From contig NC_043001.1 in the NCBI RefSeq assembly GCF_006345805.1, positions 95,666,001 through 95,730,000 of the forward strand: a stretch of DNA of 64,000 bases, given 5' to 3'. This stretch comes from Octopus sinensis. Its lineage: Eukaryota. The translations under genes and the position numbers were made by a program. Shown piece by piece: positions 1 to 11,531 of this stretch (within the stretch, counting starts at the first letter, position 1; each line of letters opens with the position of its first letter). The notes under the pieces were generated by a model. It searched no databases. It was not told the origin of the DNA and saw nothing but the letters and a program-made list of their open reading frames with translations.

Positions 1-807
1 ATTGGGGAGATTTCGGGGGCTTCCTTTAGGCTGTATGTCTCTGGTTACTTTTAGCCCAAACATAGACAGCTCTATTATGTTGTGATCCGAAACTGATGTC
101 GGTGTCACTTTCACATCATGAACGATGTCCATATTGTTCGTGAAGCAGAGATCCAGAATGTTATTCGCCCTAGTTGGCTTGAGTACAACTTGCTCCATGA
201 ATAAGGCATTGGTGAGGTTAAGCAGGGACTCCACCTGTACTTGCTTGCAATGATTCATTCCTGAGAGTATGTGACCTTCGGGCCTTTTGACGTTGGGGAA
301 GTTGAAATCACCCATAAGAAATATGGTCACGTGGTGTTCCAGATCCAAGAGGATTTCTTTAATTCTTGTGAGGCAAACTTCAAACTTGCCTGTGTGATTT
401 GGGGCATCCGTTGGGCAATATGTATTGCATATGACTATATTATGTTGTCTTATGTATACAATTAAAGTGCCATATACCGAATTTGAGTATGTCATTAAGA
501 CCTGGGGTGTGAGGTCATCTCAGATATATACAGCAACTCCACCATGGCTCCTTTCCCTTCTGTCTGTTCGCAGTATGGCATAGTTTGGTATCTGTACTTC
601 TGCGTCCTCTATATCAGGGTTGAGGTGAGTTTCTACAAGTGCTATGCATAGGACTTGATTGCATGCAGTAAGATCTCTCAGGAAAGAAATTTTTTTTCTA
701 TTTTGATGCAACAGGCCCCCAATATTTAGTAAAAGTATTGGGGTGACGGCTGTGCAGGCGTTAGGGGAGGGGGCATCCCGAGTCAGTTGACTGTGGTGGT
801 CTTGCAT
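1..807 (-). pseudogene. LINE ORF2 AP-endonuclease domain with one nonsense codon
   Basis: Frame is open from the ATG at 807 to the window edge except for TGA at 520-522 (VYI*DDL, consistent with CGA>TGA). GDFNFP at about 296-313, ILDLCFTN at about 136-160, SDH at about 82-90. Confidence 0.88.
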
Positions 808-1268
808 AGTGGTTGGCAGGGTTCCTTCTCTGTGCTTGGTGTAGCCAGGTTAGCTGCCGGTCAATACTTTGAGCCATGCATAAATAAGACTCTTCCTCAG
901 CTGCTGCGTTGCGCAGAACATCTGAGGAGCGCGCTTCGTTTTTGAAAGTTTTCCTTGGAGACATTTTTTGTGTTCCCTCGGTAAAGCTTTTCTCTTTGAG
1001 TCCCCTGAAGTTCTGGCGGGATGTCGGGTGGGCGAACCGGCAGATTTTGCCGTCCTCACCATGCCAACATTTGCCCCGCAGGTAGAATGTACAGGTTCTT
1101 CGGTGCCTTCCAGATTTCTTCTTTCCTGAAGTGTACTGGGTGGTATTGGATCCTCCATGGGTTTCTCTGCTGTTTGTTGTGGTGGTTGGGGTCAGCTTTG
1201 GGTGTTTTGCCTTTTCCTCCTTTTCCCTCCTTGTTTTTGTTTTCGGTCCTTCCTTTTTTCTTCTGTTT
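761..1268 (-). pseudogene. LINE ORF1 (probably 5'-truncated) with CCCH zinc finger
   Basis: CTFYLRGKCWHGEDGKICRFAH (C-x7-C-x7-C-x3-H) in a basic region. The stop at 761-763 overlaps the ORF2 ATG at 807. The N-terminus of the track ORF is (TA)n read-through. Confidence 0.75.
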
Positions 1269-1283
1269 ATATATATATAAACA

Positions 1284-1339
<56 letters not shown>

Positions 1340-1340
<1 letters not shown>

Positions 1341-1628
1341 TTTATTTTAAGCAGCAGAAAATTCCACAAAATCTGTTACTCTGAGTTTCTCGTTGCCGTT
1401 CATTAGACAGTTTTTGCTAGAATGGAACAATATATATTAATTCAATCTATACTCTGAATTAATATATATTGTTCCATTCTAGCAAAAACTGTCTGATGAA
1501 CGGCAACGAGAAACTCAGAGTAACAGATTTTGTTGAATTTTCTGCTGCTTAAAATAAAGCATATTACTCTACCACTGGTATTTGAGTACTCTTTTTTCCA
1601 CCTTGTTTCACATTTATGTGTTTACTCC

Positions 1629-1631
<3 letters not shown>
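1340..1631. mobile_element. Palindromic (inverted) Penelope-type terminal repeat, non-autonomous, between (TA)n tracts
   Basis: 105-bp arms at 1340-1444 and 1455-1559 (2 mismatches, 10-nt spacer), each with a hammerhead core. The tail 1560-1631 recurs inverted at about 14190-14278. Confidence 0.75.
1489..1526 (+). ncRNA. Minimal type-I hammerhead ribozyme
   Basis: ctgt-CTGATGA-a-cg(gcaa)cg-a-GAA-actc(a)gagt-A-acag. Stem I is ctgt/acag, stem III is ACTC/GAGT, and the predicted GUA cut is after 1522. Confidence 0.72.
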
Positions 1632-1665
<34 letters not shown>

Positions 1666-1919
1666 TAATATATATATATATATATATTAATATTATGTCA
1701 TGTATAGATTTGCTTTTTAGACAAAAGAAATATCTTAAAATTTTGGTTTTATGATACGGTTACAGTGATGAACCATGGTGTGGTGTTGTGGCTTGTTCAT
1801 TTAGAGACGGTATTTTTAGATGCATTGAGTAATGTCACTCGACAATGTCTGCGCTTGAGGGTAGGATTAGTTCGTATGATATGAGAATTTGAATGAGAAT
1901 ACTTTTAAAGGTTAAGTTT

Positions 1920-2200
1920 TACTAATCTGTGAGGTGTGGTAAGTATGAAAGTAATGTGGTGATTATGCATGCGATATAAGTAGAAAGAAGAGAAAATCTA
2001 TGTTCAAGGAAGGGCGTTGAATTAAAGAAGTTAGAAATCCACTTCATTCTACTCAGTTTGATTTTTCTGTTAATTTCTGGTGAATGTTGCATCATGATCT
2101 GAACGCCTTCGATCATGAAGTTATAAATATTCTAATTCAGAGCTACAATAACTTTTTCTAATTCAATGTCACGCCATTTGTTCCTAACTGCAGTTATAGA
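1920..2200 (-). mobile_element. Decayed Penelope-like GIY-YIG C-terminal fragment
   Basis: IEGV...RKIKLSRMKWISNFFNSTPFL resembles the PLE C-terminal R..KE..WI..L.T..P.GLN pattern. Weak. Confidence 0.35.
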
Positions 2201-2224
2201 TTGTACGATTTTATTTCCTATATA

Positions 2225-2415
2225 GATTTCTTTCGGTCATTTGACCGCCGCCATGCTGGAGCGCCGCAATAACTCGAGCAAATAGACCCCAGGACATATT
2301 CCTTGTAAGCCTAGTACTTATTCTATCGAACTCTCTTGCCGAAACGCTTGGTAACGGGGATGTAAACACACCAGCATCGGTGATCAAGCGATGTTGGGGG
2401 GACAAACACAGACAC

Positions 2416-2474
<59 letters not shown>

Positions 2475-2480
2475 TATGTT

Positions 2481-2511
<31 letters not shown>

Positions 2512-2625
2512 TAAAAATATATATATATTATATATATATATGTATGTATATATATATATATATATATATACGACGGGCTTCTTTCAGTTTCCATCTGTCA
2601 ACACCCGGAACCACGTGGTTGGTAA
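2225..2625 (-). mobile_element. SINE family A, partial
   Basis: Reverse complement matches the body and 3' tail of 21167-21594, including the internal (TA)n. Confidence 0.85.
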
Positions 2626-2635
2626 GCAACCTGCA

Positions 2636-2687
<52 letters not shown>

Positions 2688-2715
2688 GTAAGTAGCTTGC
2701 TTACCAACTACATTG

Positions 2716-2821
<106 letters not shown>

Positions 2822-3237
2822 GGGATCTAGTGGGTTCTCATATATAGGTATGGAATTTTGTGTACGTTCGTAGTTCGTTATGCGAATATGTATTAAGCAT
2901 ACACCTATTGATACTTTCAAATATAATCTGTTGCTCGATCTGTTATATATTTTATCATTAAACCCTGTTTTGCACTTTATTCCTTAAGGAAGGCTTTGTT
3001 TATACTAAAATTTCTGAAAACGGCCGCCAGCGCCGCCTTGTGGGTGTGGACGCGATCCAGGTGCAAGCCGGTGCCTAAGTGAGTGATAGGGAGCGGTAAA
3101 GGAAAAGGAAGCGTGGGGAGGAAGGGAGAGGCAGTTTTATTTTTATTCCAACAGTACAATTATGAAAGCTTGTCTGATGTTCATCAACATTTTGAAACTT
3201 TAGAGACACCAGTGGCTATTAAAAACAAAATTGCCAG

Positions 3238-3552
3238 AAGCCTACGGCCGGATGGAACGCTCGGCTGCACCAGTCGTATGAATGCAGTAGTTGCTGGGGG
3301 AGGGGGTAAGGTGCCACAGAGCCACTGTTTCCCTTACACTTGGTGATGTGACACCGAACTGAGTGAAGTTCGGTGCCGCTTATACAGATTTATCAAAATT
3401 TCGTTGATATCAGCTAACACACATACACATTTATGTAGTTAGGTGTCACGTCACCAATTCTAAGGGGAACAGTGATCCTGTGGCGCCTGGCCCCCGGCAA
3501 CTACCACATCCATGTGACTGGTGCAACACGCGTTCCATCGGGCTGTAAGCTT
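3238..3552. repeat. Long imperfect inverted repeat (arms about 120 bp)
   Basis: 3238-3360 aligns with the reverse complement of 3437-3552 at roughly 75% identity by eye. A nested hairpin caccgaact/agttcggtg lies at 3352-3376. Confidence 0.85.
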
Positions 3553-4096
3553 GTGAACACAGGCCCACTGACAGGGTGGTGTCTTGATATCCGTGAGTTT
3601 AAGGACCCGGAAACAAAATAAACTTAAACCCATTTAAATTCCCACTAGATCTCGTTTGGAAGATAATAAAAAATATATTGCGAAGTTGAACCCGGGATAA
3701 TTTGTCTCGAGGATGTGGATGCAATGAAATAGACCCTTCTAAAGTTGAAGCGCTGAGGTATTTATACTCTTACCTAAAACAATAAGTAAGACTTCGCACA
3801 AATGGTAAAATATCAATGAAAATATTTCCGTTAGCCTTCACGTGAGGAGAGGGAAGCTTATTGTCTCCAATATCAGAGAGTGGCGCAAAATAGGCCTCGG
3901 CAGGATTTTAAATGAACGCATATTCTCGTGGGTGGTGAATACGCACTATGCAAATTTATGTGACGATCAGTTGGTAAAGAAAGAGATAATATCCCTTAAT
4001 TACTAGTCAAATAAAAATGGCGGAAAGACGATAATATGTATGTATGCTTAAATATATTCACACTAGCCATAACATGCTTCGATAAGCATACAATAG

Positions 4097-4148
<52 letters not shown>

Positions 4149-4157
4149 CTATATCTA

Positions 4158-4206
<49 letters not shown>

Positions 4207-4208
4207 TA

Positions 4209-4249
<41 letters not shown>

Positions 4250-4688
4250 TATATATATATATATACATACAAAGAAACGCATGGACACACACACGTACGG
4301 GCATATGGATTATATGTACTCAGCTAACTCTTTTCATAATTAGAAGAATAATACATCATATATACTTATATTCGTATTAGCATTTACGTATTTACTCCTC
4401 GTGTTGTGAAGAAAAACTTACTGTAATTCATTACAGTAATTAAAAACAAACATATTAGTTAATTAAGCCGCCCTTATGTTGGGGAACGTTTCATTTTTAC
4501 AACATCTGTACTCATGAAAAGTAATGTAGAAATGATTGAATGAATAATTAAAAATGAAGCACCAGCAACAGAATAAATCCTGTTTTTAAATCGATACTTG
4601 TGTCAGAAGTATCCTCAAAATTACTGGCATCCTATTTCAATTATGGAATGATTTTTAAGCTGTTCATCTTACATTTTGTGTTTGTGTT

Positions 4689-4728
<40 letters not shown>

Positions 4729-4750
4729 GTGTGTGCCTGTATATATATAT

Positions 4751-4791
<41 letters not shown>

Positions 4792-4800
4792 GTGTGTGCT

Positions 4801-4853
<53 letters not shown>

Positions 4854-5159
4854 ATAAATATATATATATATATACATATGCATATCTATGTATATATATA
4901 CATACATATATACATACATGAACATTCAAGTTGATATACAGTCATGTCGTTCACGCACACCCGGACACATTGGCACACGTTCACGTCGATATATTGTACA
5001 CGTTTGTATACCTTTAACGTAGTTCAGTCTCTACAATGTGACCATTCCAGGACACCGCACTGAAGAATATTAATCTAACCTAGAATTTATTTACTTTTTA
5101 ATGCCCGATGGCTCATATTCTATCGTCATATATGTGTGTGTATACATGTATACACACAT

Positions 5160-5206
<47 letters not shown>

Positions 5207-5312
5207 ATATAATATATATACACATATATTTATATATATGTAATTAAATTAATGACTTACTACCGCAACCAACGAAATTCTTCCTGTTATTTTTCCTTAA
5301 TATATATATATA

Positions 5313-6256
5313 TTGCGCATCTGCAACATGAGCTGGACACAATATACAGGTGGGCTGAGGACAACAACATGCAGTTTAATGCAGGTAAGTTCCAGGCCCT
5401 GCGCTACTGGCACACAAAGGTAAATGACGTGAAGATTGGATACACTGGCCCAGGAAGAATTGCAATCCCTGAGTCAAAATCAGTGCGTGACCTGGGCATT
5501 GACATGAGCAATGATGCATCTTTCCAAATGCATATTGCTAATCTGGTGATAAAATGCAGACGGCTAGCTGGATGGATTCTCCGAACTTTCAGAACAAGAG
5601 AGAAGGAGACACTGATGGTCCTATGGAAAACATTTGTCCTCAGCCGCTTGGACTACTGCTCCCAACTTTGGTCACCACACAATATAAAACAAACAGCAGA
5701 ACTCGAAGCAACTCAGAGAAGCTACACAAAGAAAATCGTCTCAATGCAAAATGTCAGCTACTGGAAAGACTGAAGGTATTAAACCTCTTCTCCCTGGAGC
5801 GGAGGCGGGAGAGATATGCAGTAATATACATCTGGAAAATCCTGGAGGGTCTTATCCCAAACTTTGGCATTCAAAGTTACTCCAACCGCAGAACGGGGCG
5901 CCGCTGCGTGGTGCCAAGGATTCCAACATCACCATCAAAATACAGGTCCAGATACTGCAACAGCTTGGGTTTCAGAGGACCACAGCTTTTCAACATCCTC
6001 CCTAAATGCCTGAGAGACTTACATGGTGTGGATGTGGGTTTCTTTAAAACTAAACTGGATCTCTTCTTGTTGGAAGTCCCAGATGAACCTACCTCACGAC
6101 AGGAGACGCGGATGCGGGCAGCAGCATCGAACTCCCTTGTTGATCAAGTGCCACGTATCAGAGGTGGATTCACAAACTAGTGTGGCTCATTCAGCGGTGG
6201 TGCCCCAGCATGGCCGCGGCCTTCGGGCTAAAACATTTTTAAGGATTTAAGGATTT
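5313..6256 (+). mobile_element. CR1-group LINE, 5'-truncated 3' fragment (RT C-terminus, 3' UTR, short repeat tail)
   Basis: WAEDNNMQFNAGKF, VRDLGI, RLDYCSQLWSPH, a frameshift near 5760, then LERRRER...GPQLFNILP...FKTKLDLFL. Ends in (TTTAAGGA)2. Flanked by (TA)n. Confidence 0.92.
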
Positions 6257-6268
6257 ATATATACATAC

Positions 6269-6346
<78 letters not shown>

Positions 6347-6351
<5 letters not shown>

Positions 6352-6797
6352 ATGGCTCTTTGAGCCGTTACCAGTCTTTTCTCTTCTCTCTTTTTGGTAG
6401 CCCATGTTTCACTACCATATAACATTGCAGGTCGAACTGTACTGTTGATGAGTTTGGCACCTCGTTGAGAGACCACATCAGTAACGAGATCATCAGAAAG
6501 AAGTCCGGCGTGAGGGATGTCATCGCAGAGTATACACGCAGCAAGTTTAGATGGACTGGACACGTCGCCCAGCTCACCGATAATCGGTGGAATGGCGCAG
6601 TTGTCGAGTGGTACGCGCGCGGGGGGAATCGGCCACTCGGAAGACCTCCACGAGGGTGGAGTTACCATTTTAGGAGGACGATTGGGAACACGTGGATGAG
6701 AAAGGCGCGATCCAGAGAGGAGTGGACAGCATGCTGTGACTAGCGGTGTCAAATGCCCCCCCCCCGACGGACTGGTCTGTCAAGGTAATCAATGTGA
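6347..6797 (+). mobile_element. RTE-clade LINE 3' fragment with inverted 5' segment
   Basis: 6347-6461 on the minus strand encodes INSTVRPAMLYGSETWATKKREEKRLVTAQRAM. 6462-6743 on the plus strand encodes SLRDHISNEIIRKKSGVRDV...KFRWTGHV...RPLGRPP. Confidence 0.9.
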
Positions 6798-7238
6798 TAT
6801 ATATATATATATATATACACATAATGTAAAAAATGAGGGCAAAAGAAAAATTCTAATGCCAAATATGCCGAAAAAAGACAAAAATTGTCAATAACCATTA
6901 TAATTTATGCGTCTCAAAACAAACCGATAGATATTTCTAAAATATATGTTAACCCCAATTTCGGGGTTAATTCATAAGAATTTTCCCATCTTCAGCGATA
7001 AATACGTGAGATATAAGTGAAATACTTACTCATACCCATGGAAAAGCGAGCACTAAGTCCTGAGCAGACCTAAGTACCCCAAATATATCCAAAATAGAAA
7101 ATCTTCGGCACATCTCGAGACACGTATTATTCGAACTAGAAACTTTCACAGAGTGATAGAATCCGGAAGTGAACACTATTCAATTTATAACTAATGTAGG
7201 ATAACATTTTTTTCCAGAAAAAAATTTTTATCCTACAT

Positions 7239-7301
<63 letters not shown>

Positions 7302-7423
7302 ATGGCTCTTTGAGCCGTTACCAGTCTCTTCTCTTCTCTCTTTTTGGTAGCATGTTGTAGCATGTTGTGACTAGCGGTGTCAAATCCCCCCCCCCGACGG
7401 ACTGGTCTGTCAAGGTAATCAAT

Positions 7424-7463
<40 letters not shown>

Positions 7464-7557
7464 TAATGTAAAAAATGAGGGCAAAAGAAAAATTCTAATG
7501 CCAAATATACCGAAAAAAAGACAAACCGATAGATATTTCTAAAAAATCTGTTATTAC

Positions 7558-7619
7558 CGTATTGATCCCAATTTCGGGGTTAATTCATAAGAATTTTCCC
7601 ATCTTCAGCGATAAATACG
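7558..7619 (-). ncRNA. Candidate hammerhead (damaged sister copy at about 6950-7005)
   Basis: CTGAAGA-tggg...cccc-GAAAT-tggg-ATC. Stem I (cgtatt/aatacg) is offset from the core by 5 nt. Confidence 0.4.
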
Positions 7620-8152
7620 TGAGATATAAGTGAAATACTTACTCATACCCATGGAAAAAGCGAGCACTAAGTCCTGAGCAGACCTAAGTACCCCAAATAT
7701 ATCCAAAATAGAAAATCTTCGGCACATCTCGAGACACGTATGATTCGAATTAGAAACTTTCACAGAGTGATAGAATCCGGAAGTGAACACTATTCAATTT
7801 ATAACTAATGTAGGATAAGATCTTTTTCCAGAAAAAAATTTTATCCTACGTTAGTTATATATATATCTACACATAACAACAGAGTGAACATTTTCTTACG
7901 AGCTCCATATTATGCAAATCATTTTCTACCTGTGTGTGTGTGTACGTTAATAGTTTTGCAACGGTGTGTATCTGTGTGTTTTTGTGTCTGAATGTGTGTG
8001 TTCTCTAGCCATTATATGTTTTCTGCGTCATGCTAGGTATGTAGATGCACACGTATGCGTACACTCACACACAACGTATATGTTACACACATACAAATAT
8101 GCCATATATATATATATATGTATATATGTATATATTATATATATATAAATAA

Positions 8153-8187
<35 letters not shown>

Positions 8188-8361
8188 ATGTATATATGTA
8201 TATATGTATATATGTATATATGTATATATGTATATATTATATATATATAATATATATATATATATATAATGTAATAAATAAAATATATGCATACATACAT
8301 ACATATATGTACGTACCTACATCTACATGTATATATATATACATGCATATATAAATATATA

Positions 8362-8970
8362 TATGTGAGTACAGGACACCACAAATAGACGTAGAACTCA
8401 ACGAGAAACGAAAACATAAAGCCAAGGGAACGGACTTTTTTTAACAACGAAAAAAACTGGACACAGGACAAACAACACAAGGAACATTCCCCTTCATCAG
8501 CTGTCCCCGGTTCGACTCCATACGTGTTTCGAAGGTAAGGAGAGAACACGCTTACCGGACCGGTCCCTCCTGCGAGGGAATTAAATAAAATTTCCTTGCA
8601 GAGGGGTAAAAACAAGGAAAGAAAAAAATGTGACAAGAACAGGACGTAAAAGCAATACAAATAAAAATACGAATACAAAATAAAAATACAAATATAAAAA
8701 AAATACAGTACACATAAAGAATAAAAACAGGACAAAAAAAACAAACATTGAGGGCCTTTTTTAGCCTAGACGAGGAAAAAATTCAGAGCACAGGAAATAA
8801 GTCGTCTTGACTTGTAGCAGGCTGGAGTGAAAAGGAAGTAAGGTCGACTCAGTTGTAAGGGAGATAAGGCGGAGTGAGAGAGAGAGAGAGAGAGAGAGGA
8901 AAGGAAACCGGAAAGGGGGAAAATAAGGAGAGAGAGACAGACAGGAAGGAAGGACAGGTCAAGCAAAGGG
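8362..8970 (-). mobile_element. Penelope-type 3' UTR/terminal repeat, non-coding
   Basis: On the minus strand: pyrimidine tract, hairpin, GAAAC...CTGATGA motifs, then a U-rich tail ending in (TA)n. Same layout as other terminal repeats in the window. Confidence 0.5.
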
Positions 8971-9840
8971 TTATATATATATATATATGTAGAAACCTAC
9001 ATACATACATTCATGCATACATACATAAATAATCTTCTCCGCAGATACTCTAAACAATAGAAAATATATCACAACACTTTTCAGACAAATGCGCACAGTA
9101 AATAGTAAATTCCATCTATTCGTAACCGCAGCTGCAATGTTGCTAAACACACAGCTATAGAATGTTTTCTGCATTTATTTATTTCGAATTAAAATTAAGC
9201 TCTAAAAAATCCTGACAACCAAATATTTTTTGTCTTCGTGATTGCAGTGATTCGGTTATTCTTTAGAATATTCAGCATATTATATTTATTTTGCTCACAG
9301 TTTTTATCAAATTTTCTTTGTCCGTCCAGCAAACATGCGATTTAATTCACCCGAATATTTTTATAACATTTTGCAAGTTAAAATTACTGTCTGGATTGTT
9401 GCAAATTATAGTGACATCTTTTCGATATTTCAGGTAAATGGTCCCCTTTTAGAATTGTATCATGCGCTCGGACATTCGATGTTGCTTTTTCTTTTGTTTT
9501 CTTTGTTCACAAAGTCATTGAACTACAGAGCCTACCAAAGTTGGAGAGAAATCCTCCCCGATTCGGAACTGGTGTGATCCAGTCAGCATTCGAGGATAAA
9601 GTAACTTTCAAATTGTCGGACATTACGCGCTTCAACGAATTTAGAACTAATCCAACGAACAAGGAGGCGATTGCAAGATGGCAAAACAACGAAGGAAAAT
9701 ATCACCACATATAGAGGTATTTTCATAAGGTACAGTAATATCTCTTGCGCCGATTCAATCTCATATTATGATATCGGTACTGATCTCCGACTGGACAACT
9801 GGAACGATGTGATGAGCATTATGCACAATCTTACTTAGAA

Positions 9841-10215
9841 GTCGTTGGAGTGGCTGTGTGACAAGTGGCTTGCTTACCAACGACATTGTTCCGAGTTTAA
9901 TCCCACTGCGTGGCACCTTGGCAAGAGTCTTCTACAATAGCCTCGGGGCGACAAAAGCCTTAGTAGACGGGAACTGAAAGACGCCAGTCGTATATATGTA
10001 TGTATATACATGTATGTGTGTATATGTTTGTGTGGCTGTGTTTGTCCCCTCAACATCGCTTGACAACGGATGCTGGTGTGTCTACGTTCTCGTAAATTAG
10101 CGGTTTGATAGAATAAGTACTAGGCTTACAAAGAATAAGTCCTGAGGTCGATTTGCTCGACTAAAGGCGGTACTCTAGCATGGCCACAATCAAACTACTG
10201 AAACAAGCAAAGAGG
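9841..10215 (+). mobile_element. SINE family A
   Basis: Colinear with 21167-21594. Confidence 0.88.
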
Positions 10216-10544
10216 AACCTATGCTTGAACGTCTGACAGACTTCGCAACCACTTACATTCATCCGTCTCATATTACCACCTGACAGACGTACTTTTACCT
10301 AAGTGCACATTTCATCGAATAGGAGCATATACACTTCTTCCTGTTCCTATGGAAAAGAAGATTTCGTTGGTCACGTATACTCCAGCGATTGCTTCACGAT
10401 GAGTGAGTTTGATGGCCGTTTGTTAGATTCGCTTTTATGCAGAACTTCTCTTTGCGTGAAGTGAATATATGAATCTCCCACTGCTGCTTTTCTTTGTAAT
10501 GTCTTGAATATTATTCGCTGCTCGTGATGCCAATGAAGAAAATG

Positions 10545-10581
<37 letters not shown>

Positions 10582-10586
10582 TATTA

Positions 10587-10790
10587 CTGACGGCAGAATC
10601 GTTAGCTTGCTGGATGAAATGCATAGTGGTATTTCGCCCGTGGTTACGTCCTGAGTCCAAATTCTGCGAGGTCGACTTTGCCTTTCGTCTGGATAAATTA
10701 AGTGCCACTGAAACACTAGAGTCGATATAATGGACTAGCGCCCACCGCCAAAATTTGAGGTTTTTTGCCTCCAGTAGAAAGGATTATTGT
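10587..10790 (+). mobile_element. SINE family B
   Basis: gaggtcgactttgcctttcgtc...gataaattaagt core shared with 53101-53290; (ATT) tail. Confidence 0.8.
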
Positions 10791-11036
10791 TTTATCTCTC
10801 GACATTTTTCTTCGGATAAATACTGTGCGAACTGACAGCTGTCAGAGGTCTCGCAGGCTCTGTTTCCGCACGTTATAAGCTTTTAAACCTGTTTATTAAT
10901 TATCTTAGGAGACATTCAACATCCAAGTAACATTCACAAAATCCTGTCTCCAGCAGAGCAGTTTCTTGGAAGTGCTCCGATTGCTTCTACAACTTCTGAA
11001 ACAACAGACACTCCTCATAGTCCACATCCCTGCAAC

Positions 11037-11079
<43 letters not shown>

Positions 11080-11158
11080 TATTATTATTATTATCATCAT
11101 CATTATTATTATTAGTATTAGTATTAGTAGTAGTAGTACAGCAGCAGCAGCAGTAGCA

Positions 11159-11193
<35 letters not shown>

Positions 11194-11368
11194 GTCAATA
11201 TCATTATTTTGAAAGCAGTGAGAAGGGGAATTTCGCCGACGCCAACTTTGCGGTTCATCCATTTCGTGTCGATGAATGAAGAACCGGTGAGACATTACAG
11301 TCGATGTAATCGACTCGTCCACTCACCCAAAATTTTAGGCCCTGTGACTAAGGTCGAAAGGATTGCTC

Positions 11369-11462
<94 letters not shown>

Positions 11463-11517
11463 AATCATCCTCATCATCATCATCATCATCATCATTTATT
11501 ATTATTATTATTATTAT
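11037..11517 (+). repeat. Compound trinucleotide microsatellites (ATC/ATT/AGT/AGC) around a decayed SINE B (11205-11370)
   Basis: Direct reading; explains the poly-M/I/D/N ORFs. Confidence 0.9.
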
Positions 11518-11531
11518 AGAATGAGAATGCA

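Larger units (their letters stand above)
1..1268 (-). mobile_element. CR1-group (APE-type) LINE, 5' part (ORF1 and start of ORF2); continues beyond the window's left edge
   Basis: ORF1 carries a CCCH finger and overlaps an ORF2 with APE motifs ETHL, GGVAVYI, GDFNFP, NILDLCFTN and SDH. The 5' end abuts (TA)n. Confidence 0.9.
6347..7856. repeat. Tandem duplication (6347-7245 and 7297-7856); second copy has an internal deletion of about 330 bp
   Basis: Near-identical sequence from atccatggctctttgagcc to ttttatcctac in both copies. Confidence 0.9.

Noticed and set aside
4058-4921. Many ORFs rich in YI/IY, HT, CV, poly-I or poly-M (here and throughout the window)
   Set aside because: Translations of (TA)n, (CA)n, (TG)n and (ATT/ATC)n microsatellites, which lack stop codons.
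9434-9730. Possible host exon or recursive splice site (tttcag|gtaaat at 9433; open frame VIELQSLPKLERNPPRFGTG…)
   Set aside because: No recognisable protein and no partner exon. The minus strand has faint RT-like traces, and AG|GT motifs are expected by chance.
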